A stretch of 64,000 nt of DNA from Candidatus Latescibacterota bacterium (lineage in GTDB: Bacteria; Latescibacterota; CBDEFO01): the NCBI GenBank assembly GCA_965237525.1, contig CBDEFO010000008.1:160001-224000 (forward strand). Direction: 5' to 3'. Of the stretch, positions 53,849 to 64,000 are shown piece after piece (within the stretch, counting starts at the first letter, position 1; each line of letters begins with the position of its first letter). A model generated the notes under the pieces. That model did not search any database. It saw only the letters and a list, made by a program, of their open reading frames with translations, and had not been told where the DNA came from. The position numbers were made by a program, and so were the translations under genes.

Positions 53849-54403
53849 TCAACTGTTCTCCATCTCCCCCGATCTGAGTCTGTCCAGTAGCCCCAATCTA
53901 ACTTTCGTGAAGAAGTCCAGAGCTATGTCCGTCAGATAGTCGGGATACGTCCACTCAAACCGCTGGAATTTTCCGTGTACGTAACTCAAGGTCACTTCGG
54001 CAAATATACCGTCGGCTATGTACAGCCGATGCGAAAAATCCTTGGTCGAGGCCAGGACAAGTTTCGAAAGGCAGACGTATCCGGGGTCTATATTGACCCT
54101 CCTCTTTATGCCATCATCAGTTTTGATCCCGATTTCATCTTCTATCTTGTTCGTAGCTGTCTTAATTCTGGGCAGGTCGCTCATATCTATAAGATCTTTG
54201 AAGCACACGAAGCACTTAGTCAATCCGCTACCCATCTCCTTGTCGTAATACGAAGTGTGAGTACACGGAAATACAGGACTTTCCATCCACAGCGGGCTGA
54301 ACATCTCTGTGAGCCGCTCTTTTGCCACTTCCATCACCGACACATCACAAGCCATAATAGCGGCAATAAGCACTGCTGGATCAGGCTTTCCGATCTTTCC
54401 CAC
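53849..54403 (-). CDS. DUF4416 family protein
   Basis: HTSYYDKEMG, K..TN.IE, RRVNIDPGY, LVLASTK..SHRLY, WTYPDY. Confidence 0.85.
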   Translation of the reverse strand: MGKIGKPDPAVLIAAIMACDVSVMEVAKERLTEMFSPLWMESPVFPCTHTSYYDKEMGSGLTKCFVCFKDLIDMSDLPRIKTATNKIEDEIGIKTDDGIKRRVNIDPGYVCLSKLVLASTKDFSHRLYIADGIFAEVTLSYVHGKFQRFEWTYPDYLTDIALDFFTKVRLGLLDRLRSGEMENS

Positions 54404-54424
54404 TTTACCGTCCCGGTTTTTTAC

Positions 54425-54473
54425 TTGATTTTGGCTCCAAGATCGAGTATAATAAACTTCGATAAAATGTCAA
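54425..54473. promoter_or_regulatory. Overlapping divergent sigma70 promoters (hemL / DUF4416)
   Basis: + strand TTGATT-N17-TATAAT; - strand TTGACA-N16-TATACT. Confidence 0.5.
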
Positions 54474-54521
54474 CTATGCAATGATACGCTATTCCTTTAA
54501 ATTACGCAAGGAGGAACACCT

Positions 54522-55814
54522 GTGGGAGAAAAATCCGGGCAGATGTTTGATGAGGCTAAGAAGTATATTCCGGGCGGCGTGAACAGCCCCGCCAGAGCCT
54601 TCGGCCCCGTCGGCTGTGACCCGATATTCATCGAAAGGGGAAGCGGTTCGAAGGTCTACGATGTGGATGGATTAGAATACATAGACTATATATGTTCGTG
54701 GGGCCCCCTGATAGCGGGTCACGCTCATCCCAAAGTTGTGGATGCGCTCAAGGATGCCTGCGGGAGGGGGACGAGCTTCGGTGCTACTACTCAAATAGAG
54801 ACACAGCTTGCTAAATTTATTGTGGAGTCCGTCCCTTCTATAGAGATGGTCAGAATGGTGAATTCGGGCACAGAGGCTGCAATGGCGGCCGTGCGTCTAG
54901 CCAGGGGCTACACAGGAAGGGATAAGGTGATAAAGTTCGAGGGGTGTTATCACGGACATGCCGACTCCTTTCTGATCAAGGCAGGATCATCGGCTGCGAC
55001 CTTGGGAGCGCCCGACAGTCCGGGCGTAACACAGGCTACGGCAAAGGACACCGAAATCGTTCCGTTTAATGGCATAGAAGCCGTGGAGACCGCAGTTGAA
55101 GCTTCAAATGGGAATATAGCAGCCATCATCGTGGAACCGATAGCCGGAAACATGGGCGTTGTCTCCCCTAAAGAAGGGTTCCTTGAGAGATTGAGAGAGA
55201 TGACAGCAGCAGAGGGGATCATCCTGATATTTGACGAGGTTATTACGGGCTTCAGGGTGAGCTTAGGCGGCGCTCAGGAGCTATACGGGGTCATCCCCGA
55301 TTTGACCTGCCTGGGTAAGATAATAGGAGGGGGCCTCCCTGTCGGAGCTTTCGGAGGCAGCAGGGAGATTATGGAAAATGTATCGCCTTTGGGGGTGAAG
55401 GTCTTCCAGGCGGGAACCCTTTCGGGGAATCCATTAGCCATGACTGGAGGCTACGAGACCCTAAAGCTCGTAATAGAGGAAGGGTCGTACGATCGGCTTG
55501 AAAGCAAGGCGTCCGAGCTTTGTGAGGGATTTGAGGAGAACATAAGAAAGCTTGGGCTCAATCTGACCTTAAACCGGGTAGGCTCGATGTTCTGCCTCTA
55601 TTTCACGGATCAACAGGTACTAGATTACGCCTCCGCTTCCACCTCAGATACCTACAGGTTCGCCAGGTACTTCAGGTCGATGCTCAAGCTGGGGATCAGC
55701 ATCGCTCCTTCTCAATTCGAGGCGGGCTTCGTATCTTTGGTTCACACTGATGACGACATAGAAAAGACTATAGAGGCCAACTATAACGCCTTGAAGGCAG
55801 CAGACAGTATATAG
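54522..55814 (+). CDS. hemL: Glutamate-1-semialdehyde 2,1-aminomutase
   Basis: [73 protein letters not shown]. Confidence 0.96.
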   Translation: MGEKSGQMFDEAKKYIPGGVNSPARAFGPVGCDPIFIERGSGSKVYDVDGLEYIDYICSWGPLIAGHAHPKVVDALKDACGRGTSFGATTQIETQLAKFIVESVPSIEMVRMVNSGTEAAMAAVRLARGYTGRDKVIKFEGCYHGHADSFLIKAGSSAATLGAPDSPGVTQATAKDTEIVPFNGIEAVETAVEASNGNIAAIIVEPIAGNMGVVSPKEGFLERLREMTAAEGIILIFDEVITGFRVSLGGAQELYGVIPDLTCLGKIIGGGLPVGAFGGSREIMENVSPLGVKVFQAGTLSGNPLAMTGGYETLKLVIEEGSYDRLESKASELCEGFEENIRKLGLNLTLNRVGSMFCLYFTDQQVLDYASASTSDTYRFARYFRSMLKLGISIAPSQFEAGFVSLVHTDDDIEKTIEANYNALKAADSI

Positions 55815-55859
55815 TTGACAGCGGATACCACCTCTCCTAGCTTGAGTCCCAGATCGAAC

Positions 55860-55958
55860 CCCCGATAGATTCAATCGGGGATCGGGGCAGAAGCCCCTCG
55901 CAATGACTGAAGGCGAAAGCAAGAAACGTCATTGCGAGCGAAGCTAAGCAATCTCGTA
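55860..55958. repeat. Composite intergenic palindromes (CCCCGAT-N7-ATCGGGG plus a CTCGCAATGAC...GTCATTGCGAG...AAGCAATCTC element)
   Basis: Perfect inverted repeats; related copies elsewhere in the window. Confidence 0.6.
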
Positions 55959-55998
55959 GACAGGGTATTCTCCACTTGTCCACCATAAGAAGAGAAAA

Positions 55999-56376
55999 AT
56001 GTTTAATCTGAACCGGAAGGAACAGGTAGCTCTCCTGACCTTGAGCCTGTCGCTCTTGGTGGGCGGTACTATCTCCTACTTGGACTGGAAGGATCCTTCA
56101 TATATAGAGGATTTTAGAGTTATCCCCGAGGCAATCCAACCGACATCGGACAGCTTAGAGGTACCACCGGATGAGATTGACATTACGATTAACATAAATA
56201 GGGCCAATTTTGAGCAACTCCAGAGGCTGCCGAACATCGGTCCTAAACTTGCGGAAAGGATAATAAAGTTCAGAGAACAAAACGGTCCCTTCAAATCCGT
56301 AGAGGATCTGGATAAAGTAGAGGGCATCGGCTCCAAGACGATAGAAAAGCTGAAAGAGTTAGCAAGTATACAATAG
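55999..56376 (+). CDS. comEA: ComEA-family helix-hairpin-helix DNA-binding protein
   Basis: N-terminal TM segment; ININRA..EQLQRLPNIGPKLAERII..R..GPFKSVEDL.KV.GIG. Confidence 0.85.
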   Translation: MFNLNRKEQVALLTLSLSLLVGGTISYLDWKDPSYIEDFRVIPEAIQPTSDSLEVPPDEIDITININRANFEQLQRLPNIGPKLAERIIKFREQNGPFKSVEDLDKVEGIGSKTIEKLKELASIQ

Positions 56377-56951
56377 TGCTACTAACTAGCACACGCGCAA
56401 GCCTCTTGTTATTATCTAAAATCCCTGCCATCTGGTAACGGTGTTGTCCTTAGGTTCGATTTTCTTGTAATCTGAGTAGCACCAATATTTCCACGGGCCA
56501 GTCTTTCGTATCCTTACAGACTTACCAAGAACCTCTCTGGTTGTACCTTTAGGCCTCCCTGTGCTTAACACGTGTCTAACCTCATCGGTATTCAGAACAG
56601 TCGGAGTTGTACGCCGAGTCGCGCCGGAGTTCTGGCCTTATTCTATACGTTTCTTTCTTCCGGTATCTCAATCAGAACGCCCCGTCCTAACTTTTCTACG
56701 TCCGTCTTTTTCACTGAATCCATAAGATGACCGAATCTTGCACAGGCATTGCCTCTTGGAACCGAAGTGACGACACAAACATTGTAGGATAAGCCGACTC
56801 TACGCCATGTAGTCGTAGCTGATATATCACGACGGATCTGGAGATATAGTATCTTCCATAATGCTTCGTAGATGCTGAGAAGTTAAACGTGTTTCCGTTT
56901 AGCGTGGCTTTCCCTCGAGTAGTAGAGGAACAGGGAACATAAGACTCTGCA

Positions 56952-57030
56952 CCATAGAAGTCAGTCTATGAGAACTCCATAGAAGTCAGTCTATGAGAAC
57001 TCCATAGAAGTCAGTCTATGAGAACTCCAT
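56952..57030 (+). repeat. Perfect 25-bp tandem repeat, three copies (CCATAGAAGTCAGTCTATGAGAACT)
   Basis: Read directly from the sequence; no spacers between units. Confidence 0.95.
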
Positions 57031-57587
57031 CATATTGTGTTCGTTAAGAACATCAAACAGATCTTGATCGAATACGTTCGAGTGGGAGGAAGTGTATTCG
57101 CAGACAGGATTTCTTTGCAGAAGTGCTTGCGTGCTGTCGGACAAAAGCCCTTTCGGACTCGTTTCTGGATTCCAAATCAGAACAAGAGGTGACAACAAGA
57201 ATGCGGCGGAAATTAACGCTGCCAGATAGAAATATCCGTTCTGTTTGCATCAAGGTCCCCGATAGATTCAATCGGGGATGAGAAACTTCAACCCTTTACG
57301 GCGATATAGTGCTCACACTAAACGAATTACATGGTATTGCAGCAGATCGTTCAGCGCTTCCTACCCGAAGGGAATTAACTCCTGGATCAAAGAAATGCAA
57401 ACATCTAAAGCCTGAAGCTTTCTTTCAATTGACTTGTCCCCGATAGACTCAATCGGGGATCCGAACTTACTTTTCTCATTCCTGGCTCCTTGAGTTAAAG
57501 ATTTGAAGTTTTTATGCTAACTACCATATAAATACCCAATTTAACCTCGGAGCCTTCTCTATTTCAACTAATTTAAACACATCCCCG

Positions 57588-58064
57588 TTAAAAGCCTGGA
57601 ACAGGATACTTTGCTTCCTCTTGAGCTATAATCTCCCGAACTTCTTTTGCAGTTTGGGCGGATATTAGGGTCTTCCTGAACTCGGTGTTTTTGAGCAGTC
57701 TGGAAATTCTGGCCAATGCCCTTATGTGAGGGCCAGAGGTATCGGGCGGAGAGACCAAAAGGAAGAATATAAAGACTGGTTCGCCGTCCAGAGAGTCGAA
57801 AGCTGCGCCGCTGCTCCTTATGCCCATAGCCGCCACCAAGTCGCTTACGTGTTCTGACTTGCCATGAGGTATAGCGATTCCGTTTCCTATGCCTGTGCTC
57901 ATTATCTTTTCTCTTTCCATGACCGCCTGTAGAACTCCTTGAGGATCGAACGCCTTCTCGTCACTCTCCAAAAGATGAACAAGCTCCTCTATTATCTCCC
58001 CCTTATTTTCTCCTTCCAGTCCTACCTTTATAGCGTCTTGGGGTAATATATCAGTCAGATTCAT
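57588..58064 (-). CDS. PTS EIIA component (fructose/nitrogen-regulatory type)
   Basis: EREKIMSTGIGNGIAIPHGK, FDSLDGEPV, HIRALARISRLL. Confidence 0.9.
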   Translation of the reverse strand: MNLTDILPQDAIKVGLEGENKGEIIEELVHLLESDEKAFDPQGVLQAVMEREKIMSTGIGNGIAIPHGKSEHVSDLVAAMGIRSSGAAFDSLDGEPVFIFFLLVSPPDTSGPHIRALARISRLLKNTEFRKTLISAQTAKEVREIIAQEEAKYPVPGF

Positions 58065-58178
58065 CCGTGGCTCCGTATTGAAATCAGTAGACAGGCTAAG
58101 GGGCTTCAGGCACCAGGGCGCACAGATACCAAGAATCGTATCTTTGTGGCTGACTTTCGCCTTCTTAGCCTTCGCCTC

Positions 58179-59078
58179 TCAAAAGAGCTTGACCTTGATC
58201 TGAGTGTATTTCTGTGGATCCTCTCTAAACTCCTTTATAAGCGTACTCAGGTCCTGCACCAATATATCCAGATCTTCGTAGAGCTGCTCATCCTCTAACA
58301 TCCTGCCTAAAGTGCCATGACCTTTATCCAATTTCCCTGTAATGCTCTCCATAGACTTTGATATTCTCTCTAAATAGGACGATGCATTCTTCAAAGACCG
58401 GGATCCCTCCTCAAAGTTATCTATCATCGCTTCTATCTTCTGCTTTTGAGACCCTGTGACATCTTTTATATCGCCTGAGACGGACTTAACATCCCTGAGT
58501 ATGGGGCCCAGTTCGTGCATATCGTTGGAGATCAGATTCTCAAGATCTGCTGTAAGGTCGCGTATATTCTCCAAGCTGCCCTTGATCCTTTCTTCCGACC
58601 CCTTGTCTAAAAGCGAATCGAGTTTCTTTAATAGATCTGAGATGTCCGACAACATCGGATCTAAAAACGATGTCAACTTCCCCGTCCCTTTCTGATAGCT
58701 TCCGTCTATCGTATCCCCATCCTGTAGCATCTTTTGGACCACCCCCAAGGTTATCCCCACGTACTTTTCCCCCAGCAAAGAGATACTCCCGATGTAGACC
58801 TTTGAATCCTTTGGAATTTGAAACTCCCTCTTTATCCTCATATCCACTGTCACAGTGTTATCGTCCTCCAGATGCATATCCTTTACCTTCCCGACCTTAA
58901 AGCCCGCTATCGTTACAGGATCGTCCTTACCCACACCCTGGACGTTCTTCATGCGCACGTGTATTGTGTACTCAGCGCTTCTTATATGATAATCCCCGAA
59001 GTAGATCAAGCCCACTATAAGTACTATAACCGCAACGAATATCACCATCCCTACCTTCGCCTCTTGACTGTATCTCAT
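58179..59078 (-). CDS. mlaD: MlaD/MCE family lipid transport protein
   Basis: EAKVG followed by a TM segment, PVTIAGFKVGKV, SLLGEKYV, helical tail with GTLG. Confidence 0.88.
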   Translation of the reverse strand: MRYSQEAKVGMVIFVAVIVLIVGLIYFGDYHIRSAEYTIHVRMKNVQGVGKDDPVTIAGFKVGKVKDMHLEDDNTVTVDMRIKREFQIPKDSKVYIGSISLLGEKYVGITLGVVQKMLQDGDTIDGSYQKGTGKLTSFLDPMLSDISDLLKKLDSLLDKGSEERIKGSLENIRDLTADLENLISNDMHELGPILRDVKSVSGDIKDVTGSQKQKIEAMIDNFEEGSRSLKNASSYLERISKSMESITGKLDKGHGTLGRMLEDEQLYEDLDILVQDLSTLIKEFREDPQKYTQIKVKLF

Positions 59079-59140
59079 CTTTGGTTCCCTGTATGCAATG
59101 ACTGCAGCATTAGATACTACAGCACATTCTAACGAAAGGG

Positions 59141-60214
59141 CTATGCGGATACTAAACTTACATCTAGCATAGGACTATTCACCGCGTTGCTTTCTATACA
59201 TAGCGTTTCCAACTGTTTATCCTCCAACTTAGGAGCAAATCTGATCGTCACATCCACTCTTGACGATGGCTCAACAGATAGAGGAAGCTTGGGCAGCGAA
59301 AGCAGGCGGAATTCCTCACCAGCGGACGCTATATGTACCCTTGTTATCTTCAGTGGGGCAGAACCTGTGTTATCTATTGTCAAGCTCTTATCCAGATGTT
59401 CGTCCTCCGACACGTGGCCAAAATAGAGAGGTGAGGGTGAGGCGGATATGAGGGGCTCCTTGATCACTCCAGAAAGGGGCAACTCTTCTTCGGCCAAGCC
59501 CTTGACAAACTGATGAACTATCGGGTCTTCTGCTCTGTCTATCTCTTCAGGCGTTCCCACAAACCTGACTCCTCCGTCGTGCAGCATCGCTATCTTGTCG
59601 CCGACGTAGAACGCGCTCTGCATATCGTGAGTTACAACTATAGCTGTAACTGACATAACATCGTGCATACGAACCATCAATTTATCTATAGACCGAGCCG
59701 TGACAGGGTCCAGACCCGTCGTGGGCTCATCGTACAATACGAACTTAGGGTCCATCGCCAGTGCCCGTGCAAATCCCACTCTCTTTTTCATCCCTCCCGA
59801 CAGCTCGGCAGAATAGAGGTTTTCCGTCCCCTCCAGCCCTACCATTTCCAGACAGTGATAGATTCTACCCTTTATCTCATTTTCCGGAAGACCGGAGTGC
59901 TTCCTCAAGCCGAGGCCTATGTTTTGGTCCACCGTCAGCGAATCGAAGAGCGCCGAACCCTGGAAGACCATCCCGAACATCTTTCTTATCCCCATAAGCT
60001 CCTTGTAGCTTATCTTCGTTATATCGCGGTCATTTACAAGGACCGAGCCGCCGTCTGACTTTAAAAGCCCGATTACAATCTTGAGGAAGACGCTCTTTCC
60101 GCATCCACTCCGGCCGACGACTACGACGGTCTTCCCTTCGTCTATCTGGAGGTTCATCCCTTCCAGAACATGATTGTCGCCGAAGCTCTTGTAAAGGTCC
60201 ACAACTTCGATCAT
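59141..60214 (-). CDS. mlaF: MlaF/Mkl ABC ATPase with a C-terminal ASH/choice-of-anchor D Ig-like extension
   Basis: GRSGCGKS, FQGSALFDS, LSGGMKKRV, LYDEPTTGLDP, VTHD; then SPSPLYFG..IDNTGSAPLKI..IRFAP..SN. Confidence 0.88.
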   Translation of the reverse strand: MIEVVDLYKSFGDNHVLEGMNLQIDEGKTVVVVGRSGCGKSVFLKIVIGLLKSDGGSVLVNDRDITKISYKELMGIRKMFGMVFQGSALFDSLTVDQNIGLGLRKHSGLPENEIKGRIYHCLEMVGLEGTENLYSAELSGGMKKRVGFARALAMDPKFVLYDEPTTGLDPVTARSIDKLMVRMHDVMSVTAIVVTHDMQSAFYVGDKIAMLHDGGVRFVGTPEEIDRAEDPIVHQFVKGLAEEELPLSGVIKEPLISASPSPLYFGHVSEDEHLDKSLTIDNTGSAPLKITRVHIASAGEEFRLLSLPKLPLSVEPSSRVDVTIRFAPKLEDKQLETLCIESNAVNSPMLDVSLVSA

Positions 60215-60216
60215 GA

Positions 60217-60999
60217 CTACAATATCGTCTCGGCCAGAACGTAATCCAGCGTCAAGATTATAAGGCAGGCGTTCACCACAGCTGAGGTTGTCGCAAGTCC
60301 CACTCCCTCGGCACCCCTTTCGGCGTTGTAGCCCTGATAACAGCCGATAAAAGTTATGATCAGACCGAAGACACACGCCTTGGTCAGACCGTAAGTGACA
60401 TCTTTATACTCAAACAAGAGCCTCGCCCCCTTCATAAATTCTCCCGTCGTCAGTCCTATCGACTGAACCGCCACGAACCATCCCCCTAGTATCCCGATAG
60501 CCATAGCAAAGACTGTAAGCACAGGGATCATAATCATTCCAGCTATAACCCTTGGAACCACCAAATATGCCACTGAATTGAACGCCATTGACTCCAGGGC
60601 GTCTATCTGCTCTGTTACCTTCATTGTCCCCAACTCCGCCGCTATTGTAGCTCCTACGCGCCCTGCTAAGACCAGAGCGGGCAAAATCGGCCCCAATTCC
60701 AATATCACAGACTTGCCCACGACACTGCCGACCAGATATAAAGGTATATATTCTCTGAACTGATAGGCCGCCTGGACAGATGTGACCATCCCTGCAAAGA
60801 CGGATATGTATATTACCATAGGGAGGGAATTTATCCCTACCCTTACCATCTGCTCTACAGTCAACTTTCTGTACGTCGAAATCTCTCTCAGAGCTAAAAT
60901 AGTCCTCCCGACAAGGATGGAAAATCTCCCCAGATGTTCCAACAAATGCATCGCTTTACGACCTATAAAGTCGAAGAAAGACAGCACAGCTTTGCACAC
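60217..60999 (-). CDS. mlaE: MlaE ABC permease
   Basis: ELGP, AGRVG..IAAELGTMKVTEQIDALE, GAEGVG.ATT.AVV. Confidence 0.93.
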   Translation of the reverse strand: MCKAVLSFFDFIGRKAMHLLEHLGRFSILVGRTILALREISTYRKLTVEQMVRVGINSLPMVIYISVFAGMVTSVQAAYQFREYIPLYLVGSVVGKSVILELGPILPALVLAGRVGATIAAELGTMKVTEQIDALESMAFNSVAYLVVPRVIAGMIMIPVLTVFAMAIGILGGWFVAVQSIGLTTGEFMKGARLLFEYKDVTYGLTKACVFGLIITFIGCYQGYNAERGAEGVGLATTSAVVNACLIILTLDYVLAETIL

Positions 61000-61027
61000 C
61001 TTTCCACAAATGACAACGGATTATATA

Positions 61028-61861
61028 CTAAAGATCGAAGAAGAATCCACCGCCCAGATAATTCTCCACCTTGTCGTAATACTGTCCCTCCTGCCTCATC
61101 CCTCTGTGATACACAAGCGCTAACATTATTCCGCCACTGTCCTTGAAGCCGAACTTTAGCCCCAACTGTATTTGATGAATCAGAAAATTGCCTCCCCTTT
61201 TCCTCCCCTGGAGGTCATATGCAAAATATGGAAAAATATTCTCTCCCAGCGTTGAACCCTCTACTTTTCCCCCTAATTGAAACCAGCCCTTGGGAAGAGA
61301 AGGAATGTTGTGATAATCGTAGCCGACTCTCGAATACATTCTCAGATTCTCAAATCTGTAGGAGAAAGCAATGTCGATAAACTCCTTGCTAAACGTTCTC
61401 CTTTCGTCCTGCACGTTTCTGTGGCCGTCTCCGAAGTGCGCGCTTATGTGGCTTAGTCTGAATCGCAAAGAGCTCATCCCCACGGCCCCATCGACTCGAA
61501 TAGAGACGAGGTAATCCACAGTATCTAAAGGGAACCCGACCCCTTCTTTTCCAAGCCTCGACGACACTCCCCCGTCTATGCCGCCGTTCAACTTCAACGG
61601 CTCGCTGTTGCCCCTATCTATCAGGATTCCGACAATTTCTGTCGATTTCCCTATGATTCCCCTGAAGTAAGAGCCTGCCTTTACCATCCCAGTCTGAACT
61701 TCCCAGGGATCGGCTGTCAGGGACTCAAATAGTCTCTCCTTGGGCATAAACTCCCACACACCCGCGCGCGCCCTGGACGACGCAACCGTCAAAGTCATAC
61801 CCAGAACCATTATGGCCCTTACTATACAAAATAGTAAATCTGATGGCCATTGGCAAGCCAT
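61028..61861 (-). CDS. Secreted/outer-membrane protein, DUF1207-like
   Basis: Signal peptide; LF..L.ADP, DYL, HISAHFGD, C-terminal aromatic residues. Confidence 0.55.
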   Translation of the reverse strand: MACQWPSDLLFCIVRAIMVLGMTLTVASSRARAGVWEFMPKERLFESLTADPWEVQTGMVKAGSYFRGIIGKSTEIVGILIDRGNSEPLKLNGGIDGGVSSRLGKEGVGFPLDTVDYLVSIRVDGAVGMSSLRFRLSHISAHFGDGHRNVQDERRTFSKEFIDIAFSYRFENLRMYSRVGYDYHNIPSLPKGWFQLGGKVEGSTLGENIFPYFAYDLQGRKRGGNFLIHQIQLGLKFGFKDSGGIMLALVYHRGMRQEGQYYDKVENYLGGGFFFDL

Positions 61862-62497
61862 TTATGTTCCTTGGGATTCTAACTCTTTCAACTCCCTCCT
61901 GTAATCCTCGGGAGTATCTATATCTTTCAATATATCCTCTGAATCTATCTTTACTTCCAACACATCGTGGGCATGTTTGGTTATAACCTGCCTCAAACCC
62001 AACTTTACGGACGTACTGAGAACCTCCTCTTTATATTTAATATCCAGAACTAAGGGATGACCCCTCGAACCTCTGTATGTAGGAATAGCTATCCCCATCC
62101 CCGATCCCTTGTAGCCCTCCACGATCTCGTTTACGATGTTACCGCTTATGAACGGCTGGTCTCCCAATGCGATTAAGAAGGCCCTTGTCTCATCGGATAA
62201 GGCTCTCAGTCCGCATTGGATAGAGGATAACATCCCATCCTTATAACGTTCATTTACGGCTATTCGCACAGGACGGAGTCGACGTTCTACCTTCGATAGT
62301 ATTATTTCTCTTATTTCATCTGCTCTGTGACCCAGCACTACTATCACATCTTCTAAAGTTAAGCCGTAGAAAGCATCTATCACGCGCTCTACGATAGTGC
62401 TCTCCCCGATCTTCAGGGTCTGCTTCATCACGGCGTCGCCGCCCGACTTCCCCATCCTGCTGGACTCGCCCGCCGCCAATATTATGCCCGATATCAT
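61862..62497 (-). CDS. MocA/MobA-like nucleotidyltransferase (molybdenum cofactor cytidylyltransferase-like)
   Basis: IILAAGESSRMG, GMLSSI..G, LGDQP, RGHP, DIDTPEDY. Confidence 0.88.
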   Translation of the reverse strand: MISGIILAAGESSRMGKSGGDAVMKQTLKIGESTIVERVIDAFYGLTLEDVIVVLGHRADEIREIILSKVERRLRPVRIAVNERYKDGMLSSIQCGLRALSDETRAFLIALGDQPFISGNIVNEIVEGYKGSGMGIAIPTYRGSRGHPLVLDIKYKEEVLSTSVKLGLRQVITKHAHDVLEVKIDSEDILKDIDTPEDYRRELKELESQGT

Positions 62498-62609
62498 AGA
62501 GAGTCTATGCTCACTAAGCTTTAGCTACTTTTTTGAACGCCCCCATATCAATCTAACCTCCTGCGGCAAAGAACGCAAGCAAAATCAGCAATCTTGGGAT
62601 CATCTGATA

Positions 62610-62914
62610 TCAAAGTGCTCTTTCCCTGTGTCCGACACCTGAGAGCATCAGATATTTCGAGCCCACGGCTTTCATAAGTTCTATTGTCTTTTCTATATTG
62701 CCGATATCCCCGCAGCCCATATGCACACCCGCTAATTTCAGTCCGCAGGAGTCCAAAACTCCTGTTACATAACCGGGATTCAGATACTCACTAAGACTTC
62801 TGTTTCAACTCCATCGCAGCCCTTCTCTGACACTTCTTTCAGCACTCCCTCAAAATCGTCGCCTGCCCTCTGTCCGTAGACGAAAAGCTGACAACCTATC
62901 TCGGATTCCTCCAT
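62610..62914 (-). pseudogene. Frameshifted, truncated sugar phosphate isomerase/epimerase (TIM barrel) remnant
   Basis: IGCQLF..DFEGVLKEVSEKGCDGVE, then after a frameshift VLDSCGLKLAGVH..IEKTIELMKAVGSKYL. Confidence 0.6.
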
Positions 62915-62943
62915 CTTGGTTCTCCGTTTGGTCCGACAAGCGA

Positions 62944-64000
62944 TCAGTTGACACCTTCGCAAAAATCCAGCGCGGTCAATGCGTATATTTGAGCGTTTAA
63001 AAAGAGCTGATCCACTGCGATATGTTCGTTGTCCGAGTGAGCTGTTATGTACGTAGGCCCATAATATGCTGTAGGGACCCGGGCGTCGTTTCGGAAGATG
63101 TGACCGTCGGCGACGAGCTTCATCCCGATAATGTCGCAACTTCCCCTTATCTTTTCTGCGGCCGATTTGAGCTTCTGAACGATCGTCTCATCGGGTGATG
63201 TCTCGTAGGGATCGGCCACCTTTGAAAGCTCCAACCTAAAGGCGATGCCCGACTCCTCTGAGAGACGGTCTAGCATATCTCTGAGCTCTGAGGTGACGTC
63301 TTCCTCCGATTTTGCCGGCACCCATCGCCTTGTTCCCACCAGCTTGCACAGGGCGGGCACTCGATTGAAGTAGTCGCCGGCTTCTACGATCCCTAAATTT
63401 ATGTGCTCCTTCCCACACAGAGGATGGCCCGGTTCGGATTCAAACTGCTCTTGAAGATCGTGCAACTCCTGGATCAGCTTGGACATCCAGAAGATCGGGT
63501 TTTTGCTCAAGGGCACCGTTAGAGTGTGCTTCGTAGCGTCCGGACTCTCCAAAGCTATTGTAAAGATTCCCATCCCGAGACTGCTAATCCATATACTTGG
63601 AGGTCCTTCGACTACCACAATGGCATCGGCATTGATTTGGCCCTTTCTTACCCTCTGTGCGAGATCTATCGCTCCTTCGTGGTGTCCTGCAGGGGACTCG
63701 TGTCCGACTGTGCCTGTTATCCATAGATCGCCTTTGAGCCTTATTTTCGAATCTGAGATGTCCTTCACAGCACAAGTTGCAGCGGCCAGCCCTCCTTTCA
63801 TATCCTCAGAGCCCCTTCCCCACAAAACCCCACCCTCCAACTTGGGGCGCACACAGTTTCCTATCGGAATCGTATCTAAGTGACCGTTGAACATCAGACT
63901 CGGTCCGTCCCCTGCCCCCGGCAATTTTCCTATCACATTATGTCTGTTCTCTTCGATCTCATCCATCTCCACTTCCAGTCCAATTTTCTCTAATTGTTCT
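62944..64000 (-). CDS. M20 metallopeptidase (ArgE/DapE family); 5' end lies beyond the window
   Basis: FNGHLDT, GRGSEDMKGG, VVEG, AHSDNE. Confidence 0.9.
   Translation of the reverse strand, partial: EQLEKIGLEVEMDEIEENRHNVIGKLPGAGDGPSLMFNGHLDTIPIGNCVRPKLEGGVLWGRGSEDMKGGLAAATCAVKDISDSKIRLKGDLWITGTVGHESPAGHHEGAIDLAQRVRKGQINADAIVVVEGPPSIWISSLGMGIFTIALESPDATKHTLTVPLSKNPIFWMSKLIQELHDLQEQFESEPGHPLCGKEHINLGIVEAGDYFNRVPALCKLVGTRRWVPAKSEEDVTSELRDMLDRLSEESGIAFRLELSKVADPYETSPDETIVQKLKSAAEKIRGSCDIIGMKLVADGHIFRNDARVPTAYYGPTYITAHSDNEHIAVDQLFLNAQIYALTALDFCEGVN

Noticed and set aside
56415..56625. Minus-strand PTVLNTDEVRHVL, resembling a tyrosine integrase segment
   Set aside because: Too short, with no catalytic motifs and no start codon; could be chance.
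56952..57030. Possible CRISPR array
   Set aside because: The 25-bp units are directly adjacent, with no spacers and no cas genes.

Overview
A bacterial chromosomal window, probably metagenome-derived. The FlgD/T9SS-like sorting tails, cohesin-dockerin proteins, DUF4416 and mlaDEF suggest an uncultured FCB-group lineage such as Latescibacterota; this is inference only. Housekeeping and metabolic genes (solA-like oxidase, aldo-keto reductase, class III aminotransferase, MFS transporter, DmpA-like peptidase, K+ channel, tenA, tatC, ltaE, hemL, comEA, PTS EIIA, mlaDEF, mocA-like, M20 peptidase) surround two accessory regions. (1) 11.5-23.5 kb: six tandem copies of a 42-aa (126-nt) TPR-repeat gene lie between one intact MFS gene and one intact dmpA-like gene. 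Each duplication has a different breakpoint, repeat number varies, and a few codons are hypervariable. Only one copy keeps a signal peptide, and part of the array looks like a scrambled assembly consensus. (2) 34-54 kb, plus a paralogue at 2.9-5.9 kb: large modular secreted proteins share an N-terminal module and carry cohesin, dockerin, ASH, IPT and LVIVD domains with a conserved C-terminal sorting domain. Three 1519-bp IS1182-family elements interrupt this region. The Mla ATPase carries an unexpected C-terminal ASH-type Ig domain. No rRNA, tRNA, CRISPR array or reverse transcriptase was recognised.
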